A program made the position numbers and the translations under genes. From Patescibacteria group bacterium (lineage in GTDB: Bacteria > Patescibacteriota > Gracilibacteria > UBA1369 > PNNO01): 64,000 bases of DNA. The notes under the pieces are model-generated. The model did not search any database. It saw only the letters and a list, made by a program, of their open reading frames with translations, and had not been told where the DNA came from. Shown here piece by piece: positions 28,942 to 37,859 of the stretch (its first letter is position 1; each line of letters begins with the position of its first letter). The stretch covers positions 17,537-81,536 of the forward strand of contig JBHPDK010000001.1 in the NCBI GenBank assembly GCA_042577965.1, read 5' to 3'.

Positions 28942-29829
28942 ATGTTTACGAAACTGATGATGTGCGTGGCCGCGATGATGATGGTAGTGAGCCTTCCGCG
29001 AGCAGCTACGGCTACGCCCGCCAAGAAGCCGCTGGAGCTGACGGATATCAGTCTCAAAGGTTTGCCTGCAGCATGGCAGGCGAGGTACCCGAAACTGAAA
29101 GTTCTCAGGGCAAGTCTTCTGGCCCTGAAGAAGCAAGATAGTGCGGCTGAAAAAGAGTTGAACAAGGCCAAGAAGAAGCTTCAGAAGAACGAGTCGAAGG
29201 TCAAGAATCTGAAGTCGGACCTCTACCAGTATACCAACTTGCTGAAGTGCTTGCTGATTCCTCCGAAAATCCGCAAGTGGCATCCCTTCGCCAAGTGCAC
29301 CAAGCGCAAGCTCAACAGGAGCAAAGTCAGAGCGGGGTACCTGATTGGGCAAGAGGTGTACGCGGTCTTTTCCCTGCGAACAGCAACTTCTGACAAGGCA
29401 TTCGCCCAAAAAGCCAAAGTATGGTTCAAGTCAGAAATTACCACGAACCGGAAGGGGATCGCCTACTGGCAGGAGTTCATGCGGGCAGTACAGCAGGAGA
29501 TGAAGCTCATTCAGAAGAATGCGTATGAACTGGACGAGCGGAAAGACAACCTGAAGTATGCAAAGTTGGAGATCAAAACGGCAAAGAAGAAGATCTCCAT
29601 CTGTCTGAAAACTCTCCAGGAGATCAAAAAAAGCATGCCAAAAATCAAGAAGGAGATCAGGCAGGAGCGAAGACGAGTCTTGCTCGCAAAAAAGGTGCGC
29701 AAGCTGATGATGCCGCTCATCAAGCTCGAAGGCGCAAAGCTTCAGGCCACCATGAAAAAAACGCTACGCAGGCTGAAGCCCAAGGTGAGACGCCAGATCC
29801 TCAAGAAGATGCGCGGCTTCGATCCGTAG
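28942..29829 (+). CDS. secreted lysine-rich coiled-coil protein encoded in a GC-rich island
   Basis: 295-aa ORF with GAGGA 4 nt before the ATG. Signal-peptide-like MFTKLMMCVAAMMMVVSLPRAATA. Codon usage is AAG/CTG/GAG-rich, unlike the neighbours. Confidence 0.7.
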   Translation: MFTKLMMCVAAMMMVVSLPRAATATPAKKPLELTDISLKGLPAAWQARYPKLKVLRASLLALKKQDSAAEKELNKAKKKLQKNESKVKNLKSDLYQYTNLLKCLLIPPKIRKWHPFAKCTKRKLNRSKVRAGYLIGQEVYAVFSLRTATSDKAFAQKAKVWFKSEITTNRKGIAYWQEFMRAVQQEMKLIQKNAYELDERKDNLKYAKLEIKTAKKKISICLKTLQEIKKSMPKIKKEIRQERRRVLLAKKVRKLMMPLIKLEGAKLQATMKKTLRRLKPKVRRQILKKMRGFDP

Positions 29830-29925
29830 CATCACACATCCACAAAAGACAGGGTGAAGAAGTTCCGAAAATCAAGTGCAGCAATTGCACATCGATATCG
29901 GACAAAAACTTCTTCGCCCTCCAAC

Positions 29926-31290
29926 CTATTTAAAATCCTCCACCAATTTCTCTGCCATTCCAACGTATTTTTCAGGAGTCAGCTTTTTAAGACGTTCAAT
30001 TTCTCGTTTTGGAAGGCCTGATTTATTTAAAAATTTTGTGATTTCGGTTTTACCAATGGCTTTTCCGCGTGTGAGCTCTTTTAATTTTTCATATGGATTC
30101 TCGAGTTTATATCTTCGCATTACTGTTTGGATTGGCTCAGCCAGAACTTCCCAGGCATTTTTTAAGTCATCTTTTAATGCTTTTAAGTTGATTTGAAGTT
30201 TTCCGAGCCCTTTAATAGTGCTTCTGTATGCGATCATGCTGTATCCAAAAGCCACACCAATATTTCGTTGAACAGTTGAATCAGTGAGGTCGCGTTGCAT
30301 CCTTGCAATTGGTAACTTACTCGAAAAATGTTCAAACATTGCATTTGCCATTCCTAAATTCCCCTCAGAATTTTCAAAATCAATAGGATTCACCTTGTGC
30401 GGCATTGCAGAAGATCCAATCTCACCTTTTTTAGTCGTTTGTTTAAAAAATCCAAGTGAAATATAAGTCCAGATATCGCGGTTAAAATCAAGCAAAATCG
30501 TATTTATTCGTTTCATTGCATCAAAAATCTCAGCCATATAATCATGGCATTCAATTTGAGTTGAATAAGGCGCAAATTCAAGGCCAAGAGATTCAACAAA
30601 CTTTTGATTTACCTGCGGCCAGTCAATTTTAGGATACGCCACGCTGTGAGCGTTATAATTACCTACTGCCCCATTAAATTTTGCACGAATTCTAACTATC
30701 ATTAAAGAACCTAATTGTTTTTTAAGACGATCCACAACATTTATAAACTCTTTACCCATTGTTGTAGGGCTTGCTGGCTGACCATGAGTTCGTGAAAGCA
30801 TTGCAGCACCTTTATATTTACCTGCCAATTCATGCATTTTAGTCATAACACCTGTTAAAAGAGGAACCATTTCATCATCAACAGCAGTCTGAACCATTAA
30901 AGCATAAGCAGTATTGTTGATATCTTCAGAAGTGCATGCAAAATGAATAAACTCAAAATATTTTTCAAGGCCACTGCCCTTCATTGTTTCTTTAATATAA
31001 TATTCAACTGCTTTTACATCATGATTTGTTGTTTTTTCGATATCTTTGATTCTCTGTGCAGCAACAAGATCAAAAGTATTATAAAGTTCTTGTAAATCTT
31101 TAACCTGAAGAGGCGTTAAAACTTTTGTACCAGGCAATTTAAGCTTATTGCAAAGGTAAATAAACCATTCAACTTCAACTACAATTCTGTAGCGTTGAAG
31201 AGCTGCTTCGCTAAAATATCCGCGAAGCTCATCAACTTTGTCAGTATATCTTCCATCAATTGGAGAAAGGGCAAATAATGGGTCTAGCAT
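29926..31290 (-). CDS. purB: adenylosuccinate lyase
   Basis: Signature SSAMPHKVNPIDFEN. 454 aa. Confidence 0.95.
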   Translation of the reverse strand: MLDPLFALSPIDGRYTDKVDELRGYFSEAALQRYRIVVEVEWFIYLCNKLKLPGTKVLTPLQVKDLQELYNTFDLVAAQRIKDIEKTTNHDVKAVEYYIKETMKGSGLEKYFEFIHFACTSEDINNTAYALMVQTAVDDEMVPLLTGVMTKMHELAGKYKGAAMLSRTHGQPASPTTMGKEFINVVDRLKKQLGSLMIVRIRAKFNGAVGNYNAHSVAYPKIDWPQVNQKFVESLGLEFAPYSTQIECHDYMAEIFDAMKRINTILLDFNRDIWTYISLGFFKQTTKKGEIGSSAMPHKVNPIDFENSEGNLGMANAMFEHFSSKLPIARMQRDLTDSTVQRNIGVAFGYSMIAYRSTIKGLGKLQINLKALKDDLKNAWEVLAEPIQTVMRRYKLENPYEKLKELTRGKAIGKTEITKFLNKSGLPKREIERLKKLTPEKYVGMAEKLVEDFK

Positions 31291-31295
31291 AGTAT

Positions 31296-31745
31296 TTAAA
31301 ATTTAGATTTTATAGTTTTAATATGTTCTTTTACTTTTTCAAGAAGCTCTTTATCAGTATTAGCTAAAACGCGAATCGCTGCCATTGCTGCATTTTTTGG
31401 ATCAACCACAGTCATAACAGGCGTATCACTCGGCATCATTAATGAAGAATTCACATTTACCATCATGTCATCTTTGCCTTTAAAAGGTGGGCACGCAATA
31501 ACAGGATGCACTGAATTAGCCGCACAAACACCAGATAAACCATTAGAGCGCCCTGCAATTGTAATGTAACAAATCGCTTCAGGATCATTATTGTAATCTG
31601 TAACAATATCCATAACTCTTTCAGGAACTTTGTGAGCAGAAGCTACCCTAATATCATAAGGGATCTTCCATTCATCTAAGATTTTTGTGATTTTTTCAGC
31701 GAATCCTTTATCAGATTCTGAGCCTAAAATTATTGGAACTAACAT
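31296..31745 (-). CDS. purE: AIR carboxylase, class II PurE type
   Basis: GSESD and SAHK motifs. AGRSNGLSG...PVIACPP matches the class II (PAICS-like AGRSNGLGP...PVISCPP) pattern rather than the class I AGGAAHLPG. Confidence 0.88.
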   Translation of the reverse strand: MLVPIILGSESDKGFAEKITKILDEWKIPYDIRVASAHKVPERVMDIVTDYNNDPEAICYITIAGRSNGLSGVCAANSVHPVIACPPFKGKDDMMVNVNSSLMMPSDTPVMTVVDPKNAAMAAIRVLANTDKELLEKVKEHIKTIKSKF

Positions 31746-31756
31746 AATATTTTTGA

Positions 31757-32725
31757 TTAAGACATATATTTATGTAAATTATTTTCAAGCCGAGACATTA
31801 CATCACCAACCTGCGCATCAAATGTCTGGCCAGTAATTAATTCATATGCTTCAATGTATCTTCGCGCTGCTTCAACTCTAATCTCATCAGGAACCTGCGG
31901 GATCTCCCCTTCTCCTATAAACCCCTTATCTGCAAGCCATTCACGAACATATTCTTTATCGATTTTCTTTTGCTCTTCACCTGCTTCTAAACGTTTTTCA
32001 TATTCATCAGCAAACCAGAATCTAGAAGAATCAGGAGTATGAATTTCATCAATTAAAATAATCTCTCCTTCAGGAGTTTTTCCGAATTCATATTTTGTAT
32101 CAACAAGAATAATCCCCTGTTTTGCTGCAATTTCAACTCCTCTTTCAAAAAGGCGCATACTAACATCAGCCATAAAATCAAAATCTTCTTCAGTAATCTT
32201 GCCTTGATCTAAAATTTCTTCTTTTGAAGCTGAAACATCGTGATCACCATGAGCTGCTTTAGTTGAAGGAGTCAAAATTGGTTTATCAAACTTTTGATTT
32301 TTTTGAAGACATTCTGGAAGTTCATTTCCACAGAAATTTCGAACTCCTTTTTCGTAGTTATACCAGGCAGAAGTTGTTGTAACACCAGTTATATATCCAC
32401 GAACAACCATTTCAACTGGCATTGCCTGGCATTGTTTTACAACAATCGCATTTGGATCAGGAACTTCAATCATATGATTACCTACGATATCATTGGTTTT
32501 TTCAAACCAAAAAGTTGCCATTTGATTTAAAACCTGACCTTTAAATGGAATGTTGGTAATAACACGATCAAAAGCTGATAATCGATCTGAAATCACAATT
32601 ATCCGGCGATCACCCTGAGTATAATTATCGCGAACCTTACCTATATATTCTTCACCAAGATTGTCAAAATGCACTCCTTCTAAACAATTTGGGAGTTGCT
32701 GAGTTATTTCTTCTTTAGAAAGCAT
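31757..32725 (-). CDS. purC: SAICAR synthetase (long form)
   Basis: YIGKVRDNY and LIDEIHTPDSSRFW motifs. 322 aa. Confidence 0.92.
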   Translation of the reverse strand: MLSKEEITQQLPNCLEGVHFDNLGEEYIGKVRDNYTQGDRRIIVISDRLSAFDRVITNIPFKGQVLNQMATFWFEKTNDIVGNHMIEVPDPNAIVVKQCQAMPVEMVVRGYITGVTTTSAWYNYEKGVRNFCGNELPECLQKNQKFDKPILTPSTKAAHGDHDVSASKEEILDQGKITEEDFDFMADVSMRLFERGVEIAAKQGIILVDTKYEFGKTPEGEIILIDEIHTPDSSRFWFADEYEKRLEAGEEQKKIDKEYVREWLADKGFIGEGEIPQVPDEIRVEAARRYIEAYELITGQTFDAQVGDVMSRLENNLHKYMS

Positions 32726-32825
32726 GATTTTAAGTAAGTTAATTGTGTACTTTAAATTTACTTTAAATTATTAAACTTATCAACTATACTTCGGGTGGTT
32801 TTTTTAAGGCTTTTAACTTTTAAAC

Positions 32826-34133
32826 ATGAATGATTTGAAATTTTCGCAGGCTCAGGTCTCGGCTGTGCTCGGTACCCAATGGGGTGATGAAGGTAAAGGT
32901 AAGCTTGTAGATATTTTAGCTGAGAGCGCTGATGTTATTATTAGGGCTGCTGGAGGAGCAAATGCTGGTCATACAATTTATGTTCCCAATAAAGAAAACC
33001 CTGAAGAAACAACAAAATTTATTTTTCACCTTATTCCAAGTGGATGTTTTCATGAAGGCAAAGAGATCATGCTAGGAAACGGACTTGTGATTCATTTGGG
33101 AACTTTAATGGAGGAACTTGATACTTTGAAAAACCATGGAATAGATTTAACCGGGAAATTATATATTTCTGATCGTGCACATATTGTTTTTGGATATCAT
33201 ATGAAAATTGATGGACTTGAAGAAGAAAGAAAAGGTGATAAAAAGGTTGGAACTACTTTAAGAGGAATCGGCCCTGCTTATCAGGATAAAATCGCGCGAA
33301 GAGGAGTGCGTATTGGCGAACTTTTAGATTTTGATAAGTTCAGTGAACATGTACGCGCAACATTCATTCAGCTTCAAAGAATGTACCCAGATTTAAAACA
33401 CGATATTGATAAAGAACTTGAAGAAATAAGAAAATTGCTTGGATTCTTACGGCCATTTATTACTGACACTGCACTTTACGTTAACAAAGCAATTGATGAT
33501 GGCCGCAAAGTTTTGGTTGAGGGTGCAAATGGTACTCATCTCGACATAGACCACGGCACATACCCTTTTGTTACATCATCTAATCCAACAGGTGGAGGCC
33601 TACACACAGGTACAGGAATTGGTTTAAATAAAATCACAGATGTTATTGGGATAATGAAAGCTTATACAACAAGAGTTGGAGCAGGTGTGTTCCCTACTGA
33701 GCTCGACAATGAACTTGGCGAAACAATTAGAGAAAAAGGCGGTGAATACGGTGCAACCACTGGCAGACCTCGAAGATGCGGTTGGTTTGATGCTGTAGTT
33801 GGCCGCTACGCAGTAAGGATTAATGGCCTAACAGCTGTTAATTTAACCAAACTGGATGTTCTTGATGATCTTCCTCATATAAAAATCTGCACAGGCTATA
33901 AATATAAAGGAAAGCCAATGGATTCAATGCCTTCAACAATCGACCAATATGAAGATTTAGAACTCGAATATATTGAAATGGATGGCTGGATTAAAGATAC
34001 TTCAGAAGCACGCAAATTCGAAGACTTACCTGAAAAAGCTCAAAAATACGTTCTTAAATTAGAAGAGCTTATAGGCTGCCCTGTTAAATATATTGGTGTT
34101 GGAATGCGAAGAGATCAGATGATCTTACGCTAA
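32826..34133 (+). CDS. purA: adenylosuccinate synthetase
   Basis: GTQWGDEGKGK and GRPRRCGW motifs. Confidence 0.95.
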   Translation: MNDLKFSQAQVSAVLGTQWGDEGKGKLVDILAESADVIIRAAGGANAGHTIYVPNKENPEETTKFIFHLIPSGCFHEGKEIMLGNGLVIHLGTLMEELDTLKNHGIDLTGKLYISDRAHIVFGYHMKIDGLEEERKGDKKVGTTLRGIGPAYQDKIARRGVRIGELLDFDKFSEHVRATFIQLQRMYPDLKHDIDKELEEIRKLLGFLRPFITDTALYVNKAIDDGRKVLVEGANGTHLDIDHGTYPFVTSSNPTGGGLHTGTGIGLNKITDVIGIMKAYTTRVGAGVFPTELDNELGETIREKGGEYGATTGRPRRCGWFDAVVGRYAVRINGLTAVNLTKLDVLDDLPHIKICTGYKYKGKPMDSMPSTIDQYEDLELEYIEMDGWIKDTSEARKFEDLPEKAQKYVLKLEELIGCPVKYIGVGMRRDQMILR

Positions 34134-36575
34134 CTCGCGCATGTTTTTAAGAAATCTTCTTTTGAATTTAAATGTTACCTGCAGAGTCGTCCAAAAATCT
34201 CTAAAACCTCTACGTCTTGGCCACTCATTTGGCCTTAAATGATTATTAAAATAATACATTGCTTCAGCTCGTGAATTTGGCAAAGGAATGCCTTTTCTTA
34301 GATTTCTAATAAATGGTTTTGACCCACCTGGACCGTTACGCCAGTATAAATACATTACTCTTATCCATGAGCTTCTCATTCTACCTGACATTGAATCTAT
34401 TCTGTCAAAAATACTGTCAATTGATTCAAGGCTTCTCATTCTTCTTGAATAACCAAACATAAATACATTAAACATTGCACATCTTTGAAAAGGTGTAGCA
34501 AGTCCTGGCATTGGAGCGCTAAAATCTATTTTCATCATTTTTTCTACATCAATTCCGTGTTTTGCTAATTGTCTTCTGTAGAATCTTGCTCTTCTGGAAT
34601 TTCCAAAATATTTTTTTTGTGCATTTTTCCATACTCCGCTTAAAATCTGAAATTCTCCTGCTGCTGAAGAAAGTCCAACTTTATAAGTTCTGCCTGATTT
34701 TTTTCTATTAAAACAATAAGCGTTATTACCGGATTCCACATATCCAACAGCGTCGCATAAAGCAGTATGTTTTTTATAATGCCTCCTGGCAACTCCTGAC
34801 ATTTCTGCAGTATATCGATACGCATCTCTCATTTTATATTTTGATTGTAAAATATCTAACCTTTGATTAATACCCATTGTTGCTATTCTGTATGCATCGC
34901 GCCTGACTGATTTATACCAATTTGCATGCTCCTGAGACAATCTGTTACCTACTCTAACGGTGAATGGTATGCTGCCTCTTGCAATAAGATCACGTTCTGA
35001 TGCATCAGATATATAACGAGCACTTTCTCTTGGTAATTTACCATTAGTCATTCTAGGAGCCGGTGTTCTGGGTTCTGGGACCACATCAGTAAATCCTGTT
35101 GGCTTAAATATCGCAGTAACAGGATATTTTTTTAGATCATATTCTTTAATTTTTTGTTTGCCTTTTGTATTGCCAAACCAGCTAGCTACTTTTATTATTC
35201 TCTGGCTTTTATTTACCCAACCTAAAACCATTACTCCATGACATGCAGTAACACGATCTGCCTTTGTTCTAGTATTAATCCATATTTTATCACCTGGTTG
35301 TATTTTATCTAAATGTTTAGCTCTGGCATATTTACCTGAAATTCTGCAATCATATCTGCTTTTATCAGTTTCTGGTTTAAGTCCTTTTTTTGGATCTCCC
35401 CCTACAAAAGCATAAGATATATCAGCATATGGAGTGCTTTTACTTGTTATACCTGCAATTGCCCATATTCTATCAACCCAGTCACCACAATTTTTCGCAT
35501 ATATATGATTTTCAGGCTTCATTATAAAATTCGCTACTTTTGTCAGTCGTGCTTGTATAGATAAACCTTTAAGGCTGCCAATTTTATCTCTAACTTCCCT
35601 GATTTTAGCTAATTTGATTGGAAGCTTTTTACCAGTAAATGTTCTTTGTTTTTCATATCTCTTAAAAAATGCCTCATCTTCCTGTGCATATTTTGATTTT
35701 GCATATTTTGCATAAGAATCTTTATCAATTTCCGCATATTTTTTACCAACCTTTTTTCTAAATTTTTTTGTAATATCTGGCTGATTGTTATGAAATGCCC
35801 ACTGATCTTTTGAATGAATTTCAATATAACCAAAATTATCGTAACAACCATTCTTGCCTTTATTTTGACCTTTCAGGCCGATTCTTCTTAAACTGGTTCT
35901 TTTTCGACTGGGATTACCACCTTCATGTTTTGTCATTCCCCTCCATTCAGCTTTTGCCATATCAGCCCATCCCCACTTCATTTCTGCATCATTGTTTCCT
36001 AAAAAATTTACTGTATAAAAAGTATTTGGTTTAAACTTTGAATAAATAGCATCACTTCTCCACTCTTTTGGATTCAACTTAAATGTACCTTTTATTTGAG
36101 TCGTAAAAGCAGCTATTGTAATTCCAGGATACTTATCTTCAAGTTTTTCAATAAATCCAATTGGAGCAATTTTAATTCTTTCTCTTAACGTTTTTACGGA
36201 GTCAAGCCCTTTAGCAAAGGCTTCAACACTTTTAATATATTGTAATGAATCAGTAAGCTTTTTAGTGGAATCTTTTACTCGATCTTTTTCAGATTTTAAT
36301 TTTTTATCCAATTGAGCTTTCTTATCTTTTGCTTTCGCTTTATCACCGGATTCAAATTTGTGGCCAGTTTTAGCTGATAGTTTAGCTCTGTCTTTGGCTT
36401 TTTTAGCTTTTAATTCAGCTGCTTCTGCGTCTTTTTTAGCTTTTAATTTTTCCGCTGCTGTTTTTGGCCTTCTTGCAGCTCTTTTAGCTTTTTCTGCATC
36501 GCTAAGTTTAGAAGATTTTTTTAAATCTTTTGGATCTTTAAATATAAGCCTGTTTTCGTTAAAATTTATGTTCAT
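34125..36575 (-). CDS. 816-aa basic protein with putative NlpC/P60-like and SLT-like cell-wall hydrolase domains, no signal peptide
   Basis: K-rich coiled-coil N-terminus. NCGDWVDRIW...IQPGDKIWIN...ACHGVMVLGW shows a Cys/His papain-like pattern. VESGNNAYCFN...SAAGEFQILSGVW shows an ES...G-x-x-Q pattern typical of lytic transglycosylases. Confidence 0.8.
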   Translation of the reverse strand: MNINFNENRLIFKDPKDLKKSSKLSDAEKAKRAARRPKTAAEKLKAKKDAEAAELKAKKAKDRAKLSAKTGHKFESGDKAKAKDKKAQLDKKLKSEKDRVKDSTKKLTDSLQYIKSVEAFAKGLDSVKTLRERIKIAPIGFIEKLEDKYPGITIAAFTTQIKGTFKLNPKEWRSDAIYSKFKPNTFYTVNFLGNNDAEMKWGWADMAKAEWRGMTKHEGGNPSRKRTSLRRIGLKGQNKGKNGCYDNFGYIEIHSKDQWAFHNNQPDITKKFRKKVGKKYAEIDKDSYAKYAKSKYAQEDEAFFKRYEKQRTFTGKKLPIKLAKIREVRDKIGSLKGLSIQARLTKVANFIMKPENHIYAKNCGDWVDRIWAIAGITSKSTPYADISYAFVGGDPKKGLKPETDKSRYDCRISGKYARAKHLDKIQPGDKIWINTRTKADRVTACHGVMVLGWVNKSQRIIKVASWFGNTKGKQKIKEYDLKKYPVTAIFKPTGFTDVVPEPRTPAPRMTNGKLPRESARYISDASERDLIARGSIPFTVRVGNRLSQEHANWYKSVRRDAYRIATMGINQRLDILQSKYKMRDAYRYTAEMSGVARRHYKKHTALCDAVGYVESGNNAYCFNRKKSGRTYKVGLSSAAGEFQILSGVWKNAQKKYFGNSRRARFYRRQLAKHGIDVEKMMKIDFSAPMPGLATPFQRCAMFNVFMFGYSRRMRSLESIDSIFDRIDSMSGRMRSSWIRVMYLYWRNGPGGSKPFIRNLRKGIPLPNSRAEAMYYFNNHLRPNEWPRRRGFRDFWTTLQVTFKFKRRFLKNMRELA

Positions 36576-36684
36576 TTTTGGTAATTATATCTAGATATTA
36601 TAGCATTTTTTAGCCAAAAAATCTAATTTAAACTTGTAATTCCTGCGAATTCCAATAAAATTGTCTTGCTATCAAATTTTTTAA

Positions 36685-36775
36685 GGGCAAGTGGCGGAAT
36701 TGGTAGACGCGCTAGGTTGAGGGCCTAGTCTCCGTTTATTTGGAGGTGGAGGTTCAAGTCCTCTCTTGCCCACCA
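36685..36775 (+). tRNA. tRNA-Leu (anticodon GAG), CCA encoded
   Basis: GGGCAAGTGGCGGAATTGGTAGACGCGCTAGGTTGAGGGCCTAG... Cloverleaf with a long variable arm. Acceptor GGGCAAG/CTTGCCC. Anticodon loop TTGAGGG. Confidence 0.92.
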
Positions 36776-36866
36776 CCAGAGCGAAGCGCACAAAGTGCGC
36801 GGAGCTCTCTGGAACGAACGAAGTGAGTGAAGCGGAAAGTAAAACTTTCGAGCTCTTTTTTGTAAT
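36776..36866 (+). repeat. GC-rich hairpin element, tRNA-Leu 3' flank
   Basis: CCAGAG...GCGCACAAAGTGCGC...CTCTGG, then GAACGAAGTGAGTGAAGCGGAAAGT and a GAAAGT/ACTTTC stem plus T6. Shares sub-motifs with 37860-37920 and 61171-61284. Confidence 0.7.
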
Positions 36867-36879
36867 TTATTTTTAATTA

Positions 36880-36909
36880 TTGCCTTATATATATAGATTG
36901 TTGTATAAT
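36880..36909 (+). promoter_or_regulatory. sigma70-like promoter (TTGCCT-18 nt-TATAAT)
   Basis: TTGCCT at 36880-36885 and TATAAT at 36904-36909, preceded by TG. 26 nt before the ATG at 36936. Confidence 0.45.
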
Positions 36910-36935
36910 TCGGTCTCATTTCTAACCATATAAAA

Positions 36936-37589
36936 ATGCTTAAAAAACTCTTATTTCTCACTTTGCCAATTGCGGCTTTAGCTGTTATAACAATGCAAAC
37001 AGCAAGTGCTGACTATTATGATTGTCAGGGTAATGTAAGACCAGGCAGTCCTGGGCCATCACAATGCCATTTATTTACTGATCCACCTGCAGCTGATCAG
37101 CCGCAAAACGTAACTCCTAATTATGAACCTTCAATTACTATTACTCCGATTTGTAGGGATAATAATTGCGGAAACAGACCACAGGAAATCACTCCAACTC
37201 CACAACCACAAAGAATAGTTCCGCAGCCACGGCCACAGGAAATAATTCCTGAGCCTGTAGATTCAAGTGTTCATATCAGAAACACAAGAAAATACTGCGT
37301 TCGTAACTATTGTTATTTCATTTTTGAAGTCTGTTACAGTGACGGACATTGTGAAGAAAGATCAGAAAGAGTTGAAAGAGATGAATATGAACAACAAAAT
37401 AATTATGAACACCGCGAAGTTGAACCTGTTTGCAGAGACTGGCGTGGATGTTTAAATAATTACACTTATAATTATTTCTACGATCGATATTACAGACCTT
37501 ATAATAATGATTGCGGATATAGAGATCGAAATTGTATTTATAGAGGAATTCATTTTGGCGGATATCATAATGGATACTGGCATTACTAA
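36936..37589 (+). CDS. secreted Cys/Pro/Tyr-rich protein (217 aa)
   Basis: Signal peptide MLKKLLFLTLPIAALAVITMQTASA. 12 Cys. PQ-rich repeats (RPQEITPTPQPQRIVPQPRPQEIIPEP). Tyr-rich tail. Confidence 0.75.
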   Translation: MLKKLLFLTLPIAALAVITMQTASADYYDCQGNVRPGSPGPSQCHLFTDPPAADQPQNVTPNYEPSITITPICRDNNCGNRPQEITPTPQPQRIVPQPRPQEIIPEPVDSSVHIRNTRKYCVRNYCYFIFEVCYSDGHCEERSERVERDEYEQQNNYEHREVEPVCRDWRGCLNNYTYNYFYDRYYRPYNNDCGYRDRNCIYRGIHFGGYHNGYWHY

Positions 37590-37608
37590 ACTAAATTAAA
37601 TACGGCTT

Positions 37609-37645
37609 AAAAGAGAGGTTTAATATAAAAACCTCTCTTTTTTTA
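37609..37645 (+). terminator. rho-independent terminator
   Basis: AAGAGAGGTT-9 nt-AACCTCTCTT followed by a T run. Confidence 0.8.
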
Positions 37646-37686
37646 TTGCAAATCTGCTCAAAAAATGATAAAAAGATTCTTGCAAT

Positions 37687-37762
37687 AGAGACGAGATTTA
37701 TCGAGTCTCTCGTGAGCGAATAGTACAATCGCGAGCGTAGCATGAGCCAGCCTTTGGCTGGC
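37687..37762 (+). repeat. GC-rich triple-hairpin element, tRNA-Val 5' flank
   Basis: AGAGACGAGATTTATCGAGTCTCT + GAGCGAATAGTACAATCGCGAGC + GCCAGCCTTTGGCTGGC. Colinear with the element at 55307-55388. Confidence 0.75.
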
Positions 37763-37782
37763 GAATTCCTTTTTAAAATTTT

Positions 37783-37859
37783 GGGCGATTAGCTCAGTTG
37801 GCTAGAGCACCTGGTTTACACCCAGGGGGTCGTAGGTTCGACTCCTACATCGCCCACCA
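37783..37859 (+). tRNA. tRNA-Val (anticodon TAC), CCA encoded
   Basis: GGGCGATTAGCTCAGTTGGCTAGAGCACCTGGTTTACACCCAGG...ATCGCCCACCA. 77 nt. Confidence 0.93.

Noticed and set aside
28638-29723. Long minus-strand ORFs (28638..29171, 28855..29409, 29223..29444, 29511..29723) inside the GC-rich island
   Set aside because: These are antisense shadow frames typical of GC-rich DNA. Their translations are Arg/Leu/Cys-rich and unprotein-like. The plus-strand ORF has an RBS, a signal peptide and coherent composition.
28689-29931. The 9-nt inverted repeat as proof that the GC-rich island is a mobile element
   Set aside because: A single 9-nt match in AT-rich flanks could be chance, and the right arm overlaps the purB stop codon. 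It is kept only as a note within the island finding.
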